From positions 968,679 to 1,032,678 of the forward strand of contig JBFWJC010000001.1 of assembly GCA_050253415.1 (NCBI GenBank): a stretch of 64,000 nt of DNA. Direction: 5' to 3'. This document shows, one piece after another, positions 1 through 8,438 of this stretch. Below the pieces are notes generated by a model, which worked only from the letters and a program-made list of their open reading frames with translations, did not search any database and was not told the origin of the DNA. A program made the translations under genes and the position numbers. Each line of letters opens with the position of its first letter. The first letter of the stretch is position 1. The DNA comes from Pedobacter sp. (GTDB lineage: Bacteria; Desulfobacterota; Desulfuromonadia; Desulfuromonadales; Syntrophotaleaceae).

Positions 1-2
1 TT

Positions 3-419
3 TCCCAAAGTATCAACCGTGCCGCAGAAGTAGCCGCTCCCCAGGCCAAGGAGCTCTTCTGGCAGGCCATCCGGGAGATGAGTATCGAGGATGCACGCCA
101 GATCCTTGGCGGTGGCGATACGGCGGCAACCACCTACTTCAAGGAAAAAACCAGCGGTAATCTGCGGGAAATTTTCAAACCCATAATCCACGATTCCATG
201 GCAAAAGTCGGTGCGACGCGCTATTTTCAGGATCTTGATGCAAAGGTTAAGGCCATTCCTTTCGCCGGTAGCCTGAACCTGGATCTCGACAGTTATGTTA
301 CGGATGGTGCCTTGAACGGCCTGTTTACGGTGGTTGCGGAGGAAGAACGGAAAATCCGGCAGAACCCGGCGGCACGCACCACCGATCTGCTTAAAAAAGT
401 ATTCTCCGCCGGGGGATAA
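3..419 (+). CDS. DUF4197 family protein, 5'-truncated by the window edge
   Basis: Frame is open from position 3 (SQSINRAAEVAAPQAKELF...) and ends with EEERKIRQNPAARTTDLLKKVF, typical of DUF4197. Confidence 0.8.
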   Translation, partial: SQSINRAAEVAAPQAKELFWQAIREMSIEDARQILGGGDTAATTYFKEKTSGNLREIFKPIIHDSMAKVGATRYFQDLDAKVKAIPFAGSLNLDLDSYVTDGALNGLFTVVAEEERKIRQNPAARTTDLLKKVFSAGG

Positions 420-517
420 TCAGGGACCTTGAACGCTTGCGCTTGAGGCTATAGGCCTGGCGCAGTCCGAACGGCGGTGCAAGTCTGTCGGTTGCACTCC
501 TGTCGCGTACGCCGGCA

Positions 518-547
518 TTGACCTTTCCCCTTGTTTTACGCTATGAT
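518..547 (+). promoter_or_regulatory. Putative sigma70 promoter for prfC
   Basis: TTGACC-18 nt-TATGAT. Confidence 0.45.
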
Positions 548-607
548 TCACTGTCCATCGGGCCTTCAAGGCCCGGTTTTTTTTCATTTAAAGCACGAGG
601 TTGTACA

Positions 608-2194
608 GTGAGCAAGAACCACCGCAAAGAAGTTGATCGCCGCCGCACCTTCGGTATCATCAGCCACCCGGACGCCGGTAAAACCACTCTGACCGAAAAA
701 TTACTGTTGTTCGGCGGCGCGATCCAGATGGCCGGTGCGGTCAAGGCCCGCAAGGCGGCGCGCCACGCCACCAGCGACTGGATGGCCATGGAGCAGGAAC
801 GCGGCATCTCGGTAACATCGTCGGTAATGAAGTTCAATTATCGCAACTACGAGATCAACCTTCTCGATACCCCCGGTCACCAGGACTTCTCAGAAGATAC
901 CTACCGGGTGTTGACGGCGGTGGACAGCGCACTGATGGTGATCGACAGCGCCAAGGGCGTCGAAACCCAGACCCAGAAGCTGATGGAAGTCTGCCGCATG
1001 CGCAACACGCCTATCGTGACCTTCATCAACAAACTGGACCGCGAAGGGCGCGAGCCCCTCGATCTGCTGGCGGATATCGAAGAGACCCTGCAGATCGAAT
1101 GCGCGCCGTTGTCCTGGCCCATCGGCATGGGCAAGCGTTTCAAGGGTACCTACAACCTGTATCGCAAGCAGCTTTGCCTGTTTACAGCCGGCCAGGAGAC
1201 CCGTCCGCAGGACATGGTGGTGATCGAAGACCTGAACGATCCGCGGCTCGACGAACTGCTGGGCAGCCAGGCCGATCAGCTGCGTGAGGATATCGATCTT
1301 CTGGAAGGGGCGGCCAACCCCTTCGATCCGGAGGAATATCTCAAAGGCAACCAGACGCCGGTTTTTTTCGGCAGTGCCATCAATAACTTCGGGGTGCAGG
1401 AAATGCTCGACGCATTTGTCGAACAGGCTCCCGCGCCGCGTCCGGCCCCGACCACCACGCGCGAGGTGTCTCCCTACGAAGAGGAGTTTTCCGGGTATGT
1501 GTTCAAGATCCAGGCGAATATGGATCCGGCGCATCGCGACCGCATCGCGTTTTTCCGTATCTGCTCAGGTACTTTTCAGCGCGGTATGAAAGTTCGCCAT
1601 CATCGCATCGGCAAGGATGTCAATATCTCCAATGCCACCATCTTCATGGCCCAGGACCGCACCAACGTCGAGGAAGCCTTCCCCGGGGATATCATCGGTA
1701 TTCATAATCACGGTACCATCAAAATCGGCGATACCTTTACCGACAAAGAGCCTCTCAAGTTTACCGGGATCCCCAGCTTCGCTCCGGAACACTTTCGTCG
1801 CGTGCGGTTGAAAAACCCCCTCAAGAGCAAGCAGCTGGAAAAAGGTCTGGTTCAGCTGGCCGAGGAAGGTGCCGTGCAGCTGTTCCGGCCGCTCTACAAT
1901 ACCGACTATATTCTGGGCGCGGTGGGGGTTCTGCAGTTCGATGTGATCATGTCGCGGCTTAAAACCGAATACAGTGTCGATGCTGTTTATGAAGGGGTGG
2001 AATATGCCACCGCGCGTTGGGTGGAATGCGACGACCGCAAGGTCATGGAAGATTTCGAGAGGAAAAGCCAGATCAATCTGGCCTATGACGCGGAAGGTAA
2101 CCTGGCCTACCTGGCTTCAAGCGAATGGCGTCTCGGGCACACCATGGAGCAATGGCCCCAGGTGATATTCCATAAGACCCGGGAACATAATTGA
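608..2194 (+). CDS. prfC: Peptide chain release factor 3
   Basis: [34 protein letters not shown] and [14 protein letters not shown] start at 608 follows GAGG; the ORF track starts at 518. Confidence 0.97.
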   Translation: MSKNHRKEVDRRRTFGIISHPDAGKTTLTEKLLLFGGAIQMAGAVKARKAARHATSDWMAMEQERGISVTSSVMKFNYRNYEINLLDTPGHQDFSEDTYRVLTAVDSALMVIDSAKGVETQTQKLMEVCRMRNTPIVTFINKLDREGREPLDLLADIEETLQIECAPLSWPIGMGKRFKGTYNLYRKQLCLFTAGQETRPQDMVVIEDLNDPRLDELLGSQADQLREDIDLLEGAANPFDPEEYLKGNQTPVFFGSAINNFGVQEMLDAFVEQAPAPRPAPTTTREVSPYEEEFSGYVFKIQANMDPAHRDRIAFFRICSGTFQRGMKVRHHRIGKDVNISNATIFMAQDRTNVEEAFPGDIIGIHNHGTIKIGDTFTDKEPLKFTGIPSFAPEHFRRVRLKNPLKSKQLEKGLVQLAEEGAVQLFRPLYNTDYILGAVGVLQFDVIMSRLKTEYSVDAVYEGVEYATARWVECDDRKVMEDFERKSQINLAYDAEGNLAYLASSEWRLGHTMEQWPQVIFHKTREHN

Positions 2195-2254
2195 CGGATA
2201 TCACCGAAAAAAGCATGTGCTTTCAAAGTTGAGAAAATACATACCGGTAAGACT

Positions 2255-2290
2255 CAGCCCCTCAGGACTCCCTGGGGGGCTGTTTTGTTT
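2255..2290 (+). terminator. Intrinsic terminator after prfC
   Basis: CAGCCCCTCAGG-ACTC-CCTGGGGGGCTG followed by TTTTGTTT. Confidence 0.65.
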
Positions 2291-2579
2291 CCAGCTCATT
2301 CTCTTTGGTGAAAAAGGCGGATATGGGATCCGTCATAGGGCCGCCCAGCACGGTCCATGGCCGCAGGATTCCTCTCCGGCAGGTGCAAACCGCTGGAGAC
2401 GGCGGGCGGGGCTGTCCCCTACCCTGACGGCAGAGCCCTTTTAAAAAAATTACAGGAGGATCCCCCATTTGGGGGATAGTAAGAATTTCAAATATGAGTA
2501 TTCTAACACTTCCTTTTCCCAAGGCATGTATCCGCAATCGGGAATCAATTCGTTATTAGGAACAAGGGAGGATAAGTAT

Positions 2580-4694
2580 TTGAAAATTCGTTCGATTCAG
2601 ATGAAAATTACCCTTTTTGCCGGGCTCTGCCTGTTTCTTACGGCTGGTACCATTATCTTCAGTTCGGCGATAACCCTCCGCAACCAGTCCATGAGAACGG
2701 CTGAAAACAATGCCCTGGCAGTTGCGCAAAAGTATAGTGGGGAAATACTCTCCACGCTTGAAGATGCGCGCTCTTTTACCCATGGCCTGGCCAGTATCCT
2801 GGGGGCGACCAAAAACCGGGCTATGCCGATTCAGTTGGAGCGTGTCGAAGCCCAGGCGATGTTGCGTGAAGCTTTTTTGCAGAATCCGCAATTTTTTGGC
2901 GGGGGGACGGCATGGGAGCCGAATGCTTTCGATGGCAAGGACGCAGAGTATGCCGCGGACGGAAACTATGATGCCTCCGGGCGGATGATTTCTTACTGGT
3001 ATCAGGATGGTGCCGCCGGAGTAAAATACGATGTCCTGGTGGACTACGACAACGAAGATGTTGGGGATTGGTATTTCTTACCGAAGAAACTGCACCATGA
3101 GATCCTTTCAGAGCCTTATCTGTATCCTGTTGGCGGCGTCGATGTGCTGATGGCCACCGTCGCTTCACCCATTATGGTCGATGGGACCTTTTATGGCGTG
3201 ACAACGGCCGACTTCACTCTCGAATTCCTCCAACAACTGGCCAACGACAATAAGGTTTTTGGGGGGGCTGGAAAAACCGCGATCATTACCAATTGCGGCA
3301 CTGTGGCGGGGATGACAGACAATCCAGAAGCCAGTGGCAAGCCTTGGGCCGAAGCTGATGCAACAGGTGCTTCCTATTATGCTCGGTTGCCAAAGGGGGA
3401 AGCGGTACTCGATTGGAGTGAGCGTGGGCTGGAAGTTTTCGTGCCTCTTACCCTGGGTAACACCGATACGCCATGGTGGGTACATGTCATGGTACCCAAG
3501 GCGGTCGCCCTGGGCGAGGTGGCGGCCATTATGTGGCGGCAAATCGGAATCGGTGTGGTGTGCATCGTCATAGCCCTGGTATTGCTCTGGCTGATTGCAC
3601 GGGGACTGGCCCGGCCTATTAGGCAGGGGGCGCAAATGGCCAGGGAGATAGCCCTTGGCGACCTGTCGCAGCGACTGAGCTTGAGACAGGAAGATGAAGT
3701 CGGAAAGCTGGCGGGGGCGTTAAATGACATGGCGGCCTCGCTGCAGCAAAAAGCCGAATTAACGGAGCAGATTTCCAACGGCAACCTGAGCCTTGAGGTG
3801 CCACTGGCATCCGATAAGGATCAGTTGGGTAAAGCATTGCAACGCATGACTGAAAATCTCAATATGTTGTTGGGGCAGGTGCAGGCGACCGGCGAGGAGA
3901 TTCTGACAGGAGCGACTCAAATTTCCGACGCCAGTCAATCGCTATCCCAAGGGGCGACGGAATCTGCCGCATCGATGGAGGAAATTTCAGCTTCGATGAT
4001 GCAGTTAACCACCCAGACCGGTAATAACGCGGATAATGCCGAGCAAGCCAAAAGGCTGTCTTTAAACAGCAAACAAGGGGCCGAGCAGGGCAATCAGCTT
4101 ATGGTCGAGATGGTCAAGGCCATGAGCGAAATCGAGGATTCCGGCGCAAATATATCAAAAATCATCAAGGTGATCGATGATATCGCCTTTCAGACCAATC
4201 TGTTGGCATTGAACGCTGCTGTCGAAGCTGCGCGTGCCGGTCAGCACGGCAAGGGCTTTGCCGTTGTTGCCGAGGAGGTTCGTAACCTTGCGGCGCGGAG
4301 TGCCAAAGCCGCCCATGAAACGTCGGATCTCATCGAAAATTCGGTGGCAAAAACCCTTAATGGTACGGGAATCGCGCGCAAAACGGCGGAGGCTTTGACT
4401 GAAATCGTTGCTGCGACCACCACGGTATCGGATCTGGTGGCCGAAATATCCGAAGCGTCGAAAGAACAGGCGGCCGGTATTCAGGAAATTAATCAGGGGT
4501 TGGGGCAGATCGAGGCCGTGACACAGCAAAATACCGCCAATGCAGAAGAAACGGCGGCCTCTACGGAGGAGCTTTCCAGTCAGGTCGCGCAGCTCAATCA
4601 TATGCTGGAAAATTTCAAATTAAAAGGCAGTGTGTTCCGTGGGGGGTCCAATGTCGCAGCAAGGAATGCGCATCCAGCCTTGCCGGAAGTTTGA
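2580..4694 (+). CDS. Methyl-accepting chemotaxis protein (Cache-type sensor, HAMP, signalling domain)
   Basis: Two TM segments, periplasmic WY...EPYLY Cache motif, HAMP (DEVGKL) and [20 protein letters not shown]. In-frame TTG at 2580 follows GGAGG. Confidence 0.93.
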   Translation: MKIRSIQMKITLFAGLCLFLTAGTIIFSSAITLRNQSMRTAENNALAVAQKYSGEILSTLEDARSFTHGLASILGATKNRAMPIQLERVEAQAMLREAFLQNPQFFGGGTAWEPNAFDGKDAEYAADGNYDASGRMISYWYQDGAAGVKYDVLVDYDNEDVGDWYFLPKKLHHEILSEPYLYPVGGVDVLMATVASPIMVDGTFYGVTTADFTLEFLQQLANDNKVFGGAGKTAIITNCGTVAGMTDNPEASGKPWAEADATGASYYARLPKGEAVLDWSERGLEVFVPLTLGNTDTPWWVHVMVPKAVALGEVAAIMWRQIGIGVVCIVIALVLLWLIARGLARPIRQGAQMAREIALGDLSQRLSLRQEDEVGKLAGALNDMAASLQQKAELTEQISNGNLSLEVPLASDKDQLGKALQRMTENLNMLLGQVQATGEEILTGATQISDASQSLSQGATESAASMEEISASMMQLTTQTGNNADNAEQAKRLSLNSKQGAEQGNQLMVEMVKAMSEIEDSGANISKIIKVIDDIAFQTNLLALNAAVEAARAGQHGKGFAVVAEEVRNLAARSAKAAHETSDLIENSVAKTLNGTGIARKTAEALTEIVAATTTVSDLVAEISEASKEQAAGIQEINQGLGQIEAVTQQNTANAEETAASTEELSSQVAQLNHMLENFKLKGSVFRGGSNVAARNAHPALPEV

Positions 4695-4766
4695 TAGTCT
4701 GTCGGCCGTTGGGTGGACAGTGGTCCATCGGCACCAAATACGCTTAAACCATTTCTAAAATGATGC

Positions 4767-4796
4767 ATGGCCATCTCGCAAGAGGTGGCCATTTTT
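4767..4796 (+). terminator. Intrinsic terminator after the MCP gene
   Basis: ATGGCCATCTC-GCAA-GAGGTGGCCAT followed by TTTT. Confidence 0.6.
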
Positions 4797-4971
4797 ATCC
4801 ATGCGAAGTGGGTGAAGAAAAATCTAGGAAGAACTCCGCCGTTTTTGTTATCTTCTCATCGTACGTCCAGTTCGATTTAAACGTTTCCGAGCGTTGGATA
4901 CAACGGTGAAGCTGCGCGGTCTCGAGGAGATTTGCCAGAACATTATCTGAACGATATGGGAGATATAAACG

Positions 4972-6378
4972 ATGCTCAGAACGACCGGCTTAGGTAGCCG
5001 CAAAACCCGTATCATCGATGCCATACGAGCACAGCAGGCTATGTCGCAGTTATGCGTATGCGGCTGGGCGCGTACCGTGCGGCGCGGTAAGGATGTGACC
5101 TTTATCGCCCTGAACGACGGTTCCTGTCTGGCGAATTTGCAGGTGGTACTTACGCCGGATATGGAGGGGTTCGAAACCGTGTCGCGCTGCGGTACCGGTG
5201 CCGCCCTGGCTATCGAAGGCGATCTGGTCCCTTCACCGGCTGCCGGTCAGACCTGGGAACTGCACGCCCGCCAGGTGAAAATCCTTGGCGATACCGACGG
5301 TACTTACCCCCTGCAGAAAAAACGCCACAGCTTTGAGTTTCTGCGTTCCATCGCGCATCTGCGTCCACGGGCCAATGCCTTTGGCGCGGTGTTTCGGGTG
5401 CGCAGTGCGCTGGCCTTTGCCATTCACCGGTTTTTCCGGGAGCGTGGATTCCTGTATGTGCATACGCCGATTATCACCGCCAACGACTGCGAAGGGGCCG
5501 GGGAGATGTTTCGGGTCAGCACCCTGTCGGCGGACTGTCCGCCCATGCAGGACGGAGCGATCGACTGGCGGGAGGACTTTTTCGGGGAAAAAACCGGTCT
5601 GACAGTCAGCGGCCAGTTGCAGGGTGAGCTGTTTGCGACGGCGTTTTCCGATATCTATACCTTTGGCCCGACCTTTCGCGCTGAAAATTCCCATACCAGT
5701 CGGCATGCCGCCGAATTTTGGATGATCGAACCGGAGATGGCGTTTGCCGATCTGGCCGACGATTGCGCCCTGGCGGAAGACTTCCTGCGTTATCTGGTAC
5801 GTTTTGCCCTGAACGAATGTGCCGAGGACCTGGCTTTTTTCAACGAACGCATCGAACCGGGCCTGATCGACAAACTTGAAAAGCTCTCCAACGCCGAATT
5901 TTCCAGCATGACCTACAGCGAAGCGATTGCGCGTTTGCAGCAGGCGAAGACCGATTTTGAATTTCCTGTCAGTTGGGGTGCGGACCTGCAGTCGGAGCAC
6001 GAACGTTACCTCACCGAGCAGGTGGTTGGCGGGCCCCTGTTCGTGACCGATTATCCGGCCGACATCAAGGCCTTTTACATGCGCCTGAACGATGATGGCC
6101 GCACGGTCGCGGCCATGGATCTGTTGGTTCCGAGGGTGGGTGAAATCATCGGTGGCAGTCAGCGCGAAGAGCGGCTTGATGTGTTGCAGAACAAGATGCG
6201 TCAGGTCGGAATCGATCCCCAGCACCTGGACTGGTATCTGGATACCCGCCGCTGGGGCAGTTGTCCGCACGCCGGGTTCGGGCTTGGTTTCGAGCGATTG
6301 CTGATGTATGTGACCGGCATGGAAAACATTCGCGATGTGATACCGTTCCCGCGCACGCCGGGTAACGCACGATTCTAA
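4972..6378 (+). CDS. asnS: Asparagine--tRNA ligase
   Basis: OB-fold N-terminus, DCEGAGEMF, LTVSGQL, FGPTFRAENS, GEIIGGSQREER and PHAGFGLGFER. Confidence 0.96.
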   Translation: MLRTTGLGSRKTRIIDAIRAQQAMSQLCVCGWARTVRRGKDVTFIALNDGSCLANLQVVLTPDMEGFETVSRCGTGAALAIEGDLVPSPAAGQTWELHARQVKILGDTDGTYPLQKKRHSFEFLRSIAHLRPRANAFGAVFRVRSALAFAIHRFFRERGFLYVHTPIITANDCEGAGEMFRVSTLSADCPPMQDGAIDWREDFFGEKTGLTVSGQLQGELFATAFSDIYTFGPTFRAENSHTSRHAAEFWMIEPEMAFADLADDCALAEDFLRYLVRFALNECAEDLAFFNERIEPGLIDKLEKLSNAEFSSMTYSEAIARLQQAKTDFEFPVSWGADLQSEHERYLTEQVVGGPLFVTDYPADIKAFYMRLNDDGRTVAAMDLLVPRVGEIIGGSQREERLDVLQNKMRQVGIDPQHLDWYLDTRRWGSCPHAGFGLGFERLLMYVTGMENIRDVIPFPRTPGNARF

Positions 6379-6434
6379 ACGGCAATCTGTAAGCTGAGAC
6401 AAGTGACAGGGTTCAGACAGGAGTAGATAGCGAA

Positions 6435-6617
6435 ATGGTGGAATACAAGGTGGTGGAAACCAGTCTGGTGACGGACGATTCCCTGCAGGAGATCCTGAAC
6501 GAATGGACCTCTCGCGGGTGGCAATATGACGGCATGCAGTTTGCCATGCGTGAAGCCAGCAAGCGCCCGGCCATGGCTTTTGTGCTTTTTACCCGCGCGG
6601 CAGAAAAACAAGCTTGA
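6435..6617 (+). CDS. Small DUF4177-like protein
   Basis: EYKVV...LQEILNEWTSRGW...FTR pattern; GGAG RBS upstream. Confidence 0.7.
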   Translation: MVEYKVVETSLVTDDSLQEILNEWTSRGWQYDGMQFAMREASKRPAMAFVLFTRAAEKQA

Positions 6618-6621
6618 GACC

Positions 6622-6798
6622 TCAGTCGTCCCAATTCTCCTCGTCGCGATAGATGATGGTTTTCTTGGGGTCTGAGGACGGAGAGGCACCGCAGAATTCA
6701 CATGCCGGCACCACCGGTTCGTCATCCAGGATTTCCTCGTAGGTCAGTTCAATCGGTTCGCCGGTGCAGGTGCAATACCATTTGCGATAGACGGTCAT
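6622..6798 (-). CDS. 58-aa Cys-rich (CxC...CxxC) hypothetical protein, absent from the ORF track
   Basis: Manual translation MTVYRKWYCTCTGEPIELTYEEILDDEPVVPACEFCGASPSSDPKKTIIYRDEENWDD; AAGGAG RBS precedes the ATG. Confidence 0.65.
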   Translation of the reverse strand: MTVYRKWYCTCTGEPIELTYEEILDDEPVVPACEFCGASPSSDPKKTIIYRDEENWDD

Positions 6799-6885
6799 GG
6801 TGGCTCCTTGGCAACATGGGCTGTATGTTTCCGACCTGATTTATTCTCTTACTTACATCATACCTGTAAAGTGGACGCTGGCAAA

Positions 6886-6940
6886 GGGTGCTGAGTGCTG
6901 AGTCGACCCGGTGGGGTTCGATCCTCTCAGCACCCAGCCC
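6886..6940. repeat. Inverted repeat with tandem TGCTGAG heptamers downstream of trpS
   Basis: GGGTGCTGAG-TGCTGAG ... CTCAGCACCC. Confidence 0.5.
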
Positions 6941-6946
6941 TCGTCT

Positions 6947-7912
6947 TTAGTAGGCTAATCCCGTTTTTTTTCGCACCTTGCGCAGGATTTTGGAGGCTGC
7001 ATAACGAGCTTTTTGAGCGCCCTCTGCGAGGATGCCGCGCAGATGGTCTTTGTCCGCCAGTAGTTCTTCACGGCGCAGGGTAAAGGGGGCGAAAAAGTCG
7101 CGTACCGTTTCGAACAGTTCCTGCTTGACCTCGCCGTAACCGAGTCCTCCGGCCAGGTAGCGCTGACGCAGAGCTTCTTCCTGCTGTTTGTCCAGGAAAA
7201 GCCGGTAAATCTGGAAGACGTTGCAGGTGTCCGGATTTTTCGGGTCCTCGACGGGGGTGGGGTCGGTAACGATGCGCATCACCTGCTTGCGCAGGGCTTT
7301 TTCGTCGAGGAACAGGTCGATGGTGTTTTTGTAGCTTTTGCTCATCTTCTGTCCGTCGAGACCGGGGATGGTGGCGACGTTGTCATCGATATCCGGCTCA
7401 GGGACTACCAGTACCTCACCGTATTCGTTGTTGAATTTGATGGCGATGTCGCGGGCCACTTCCAGATGTTGTTTTTGATCCTTGCCGACCGGCACCAGCT
7501 CACCCCCGTACAGCAGAATATCGGCAGCCATCAGTACCGGATAGGCGAACAGGCCGTGGTTGGGTGCAATGCCTTTGGCGACTTTGTCCTTGTAGCTGTG
7601 GCAGCGTTCCAGTAGCCCCATGGGGGTGAAATTGGACAGGGCCCAGGTCAGTTCCTGTACTTCCGGCACGTCGGATTGTACCCAGAATACGCTTTTTCCC
7701 GGATCGAGCCCCAACGCCAGGAAGTTGGCCGCAGCTTCAAGAGTGCCTTTGGCGAGCGCCTTGCCGTCCGGCACGCTGGTCATGGCGTGGTAGTTGGCGA
7801 TGAAGCAGAACAGCTCATGGTGTTCCTGATAGTCGATCATTTTCTTCATCATGCCGAAATAATTGCCCAGGTGCAAAGAACCGGAAGGCTGGATGCCTGA
7901 AAGAACGCGCAT
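6947..7912 (-). CDS. trpS: Tryptophan--tRNA ligase
   Basis: SGIQPSGSLHLGNY (HIGH-like), AYPVLMAADIL, VPVGKDQKQHLE and KMSKS. Confidence 0.97.
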   Translation of the reverse strand: MRVLSGIQPSGSLHLGNYFGMMKKMIDYQEHHELFCFIANYHAMTSVPDGKALAKGTLEAAANFLALGLDPGKSVFWVQSDVPEVQELTWALSNFTPMGLLERCHSYKDKVAKGIAPNHGLFAYPVLMAADILLYGGELVPVGKDQKQHLEVARDIAIKFNNEYGEVLVVPEPDIDDNVATIPGLDGQKMSKSYKNTIDLFLDEKALRKQVMRIVTDPTPVEDPKNPDTCNVFQIYRLFLDKQQEEALRQRYLAGGLGYGEVKQELFETVRDFFAPFTLRREELLADKDHLRGILAEGAQKARYAASKILRKVRKKTGLAY

Positions 7913-7942
7913 GGGGGGTACCTCGTTGGTTGGGGTAAGCAT

Positions 7943-7975
7943 AAAAAAAGCCGCGGTCTTATGGCCGCGGCTTTT
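7943..7975 (-). terminator. Attenuator terminator in the trpS leader
   Basis: Minus strand AAAAGCCGCGGCC-ATAA-GACCGCGGC followed by T7, about 30 nt before the trpS ATG. Confidence 0.75.
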
Positions 7976-8020
7976 GTTTGTTTATCCATCCGCGGACCGG
8001 CAGGTCCGCGACGCTCATTA

Positions 8021-8101
8021 TCAAAGGCAGGCGCGCGAACCGGAAAAAGATGCGGTCCAGCGCCACCAAAGGCGATTGGTCGGAGTATGTTGAAGGCTCA
8101 T
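8021..8101 (-). CDS. Trp-rich leader peptide of trpS (26 aa)
   Basis: MSLQHTPTNRLWWRWTASFSGSRACL followed by TGA TAA TGA; alternative in-frame ATG at 8110. Confidence 0.75.
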   Translation of the reverse strand: MSLQHTPTNRLWWRWTASFSGSRACL

Positions 8102-8157
8102 AGTCAGCATAGTGGCGTAAAACTAGCAGTTTGCCGCCATGGCGTCAATGCACAAAA

Positions 8158-8385
8158 TTACCTTCCGGGCTGCGAGGCACCCATAGCTGTGGCCAATTGC
8201 AGCAACTGGGACAATTCGATGCCGCTGTCCTTGAGGATCCCCATGAATACCGGAAACATTTGCAGCAAGAAGCTGCTGTCCTGCATGGTTTCTTTGGCCA
8301 GTCCCGGCAGCGTATCCAGAATAAAGGTTTTTTTGTCCTCCGGGCTCAGGTTGAATACGGCCTGCTTCAATTCTTCAACGGTCAT
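8158..8385 (-). CDS. Hypothetical protein (75 aa)
   Basis: AAGGAG RBS; same strand as and directly downstream of lon. Confidence 0.7.
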   Translation of the reverse strand: MTVEELKQAVFNLSPEDKKTFILDTLPGLAKETMQDSSFLLQMFPVFMGILKDSGIELSQLLQLATAMGASQPGR

Positions 8386-8438
8386 GTGCGGTAAAACTCC
8401 TTACGGGTAAATAGTGGCGGTCCGGATTCGAGAGCTCG

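Noticed and set aside
2373..2430. Group II intron 3' end (GGGG..CCCCTACCC) or a complete c-di-GMP-I riboswitch
   Set aside because: There is no domain V AGC/CGC triad with an AC bulge, and the GACGCAAAGC junction of c-di-GMP-I is absent. Kept only as an unassigned structured-RNA candidate.
6895..6940. tRNA gene suggested by the T-arm-like GGGTTCGATCC
   Set aside because: No cloverleaf can be built (no D arm or anticodon arm); it is better explained as an inverted repeat.
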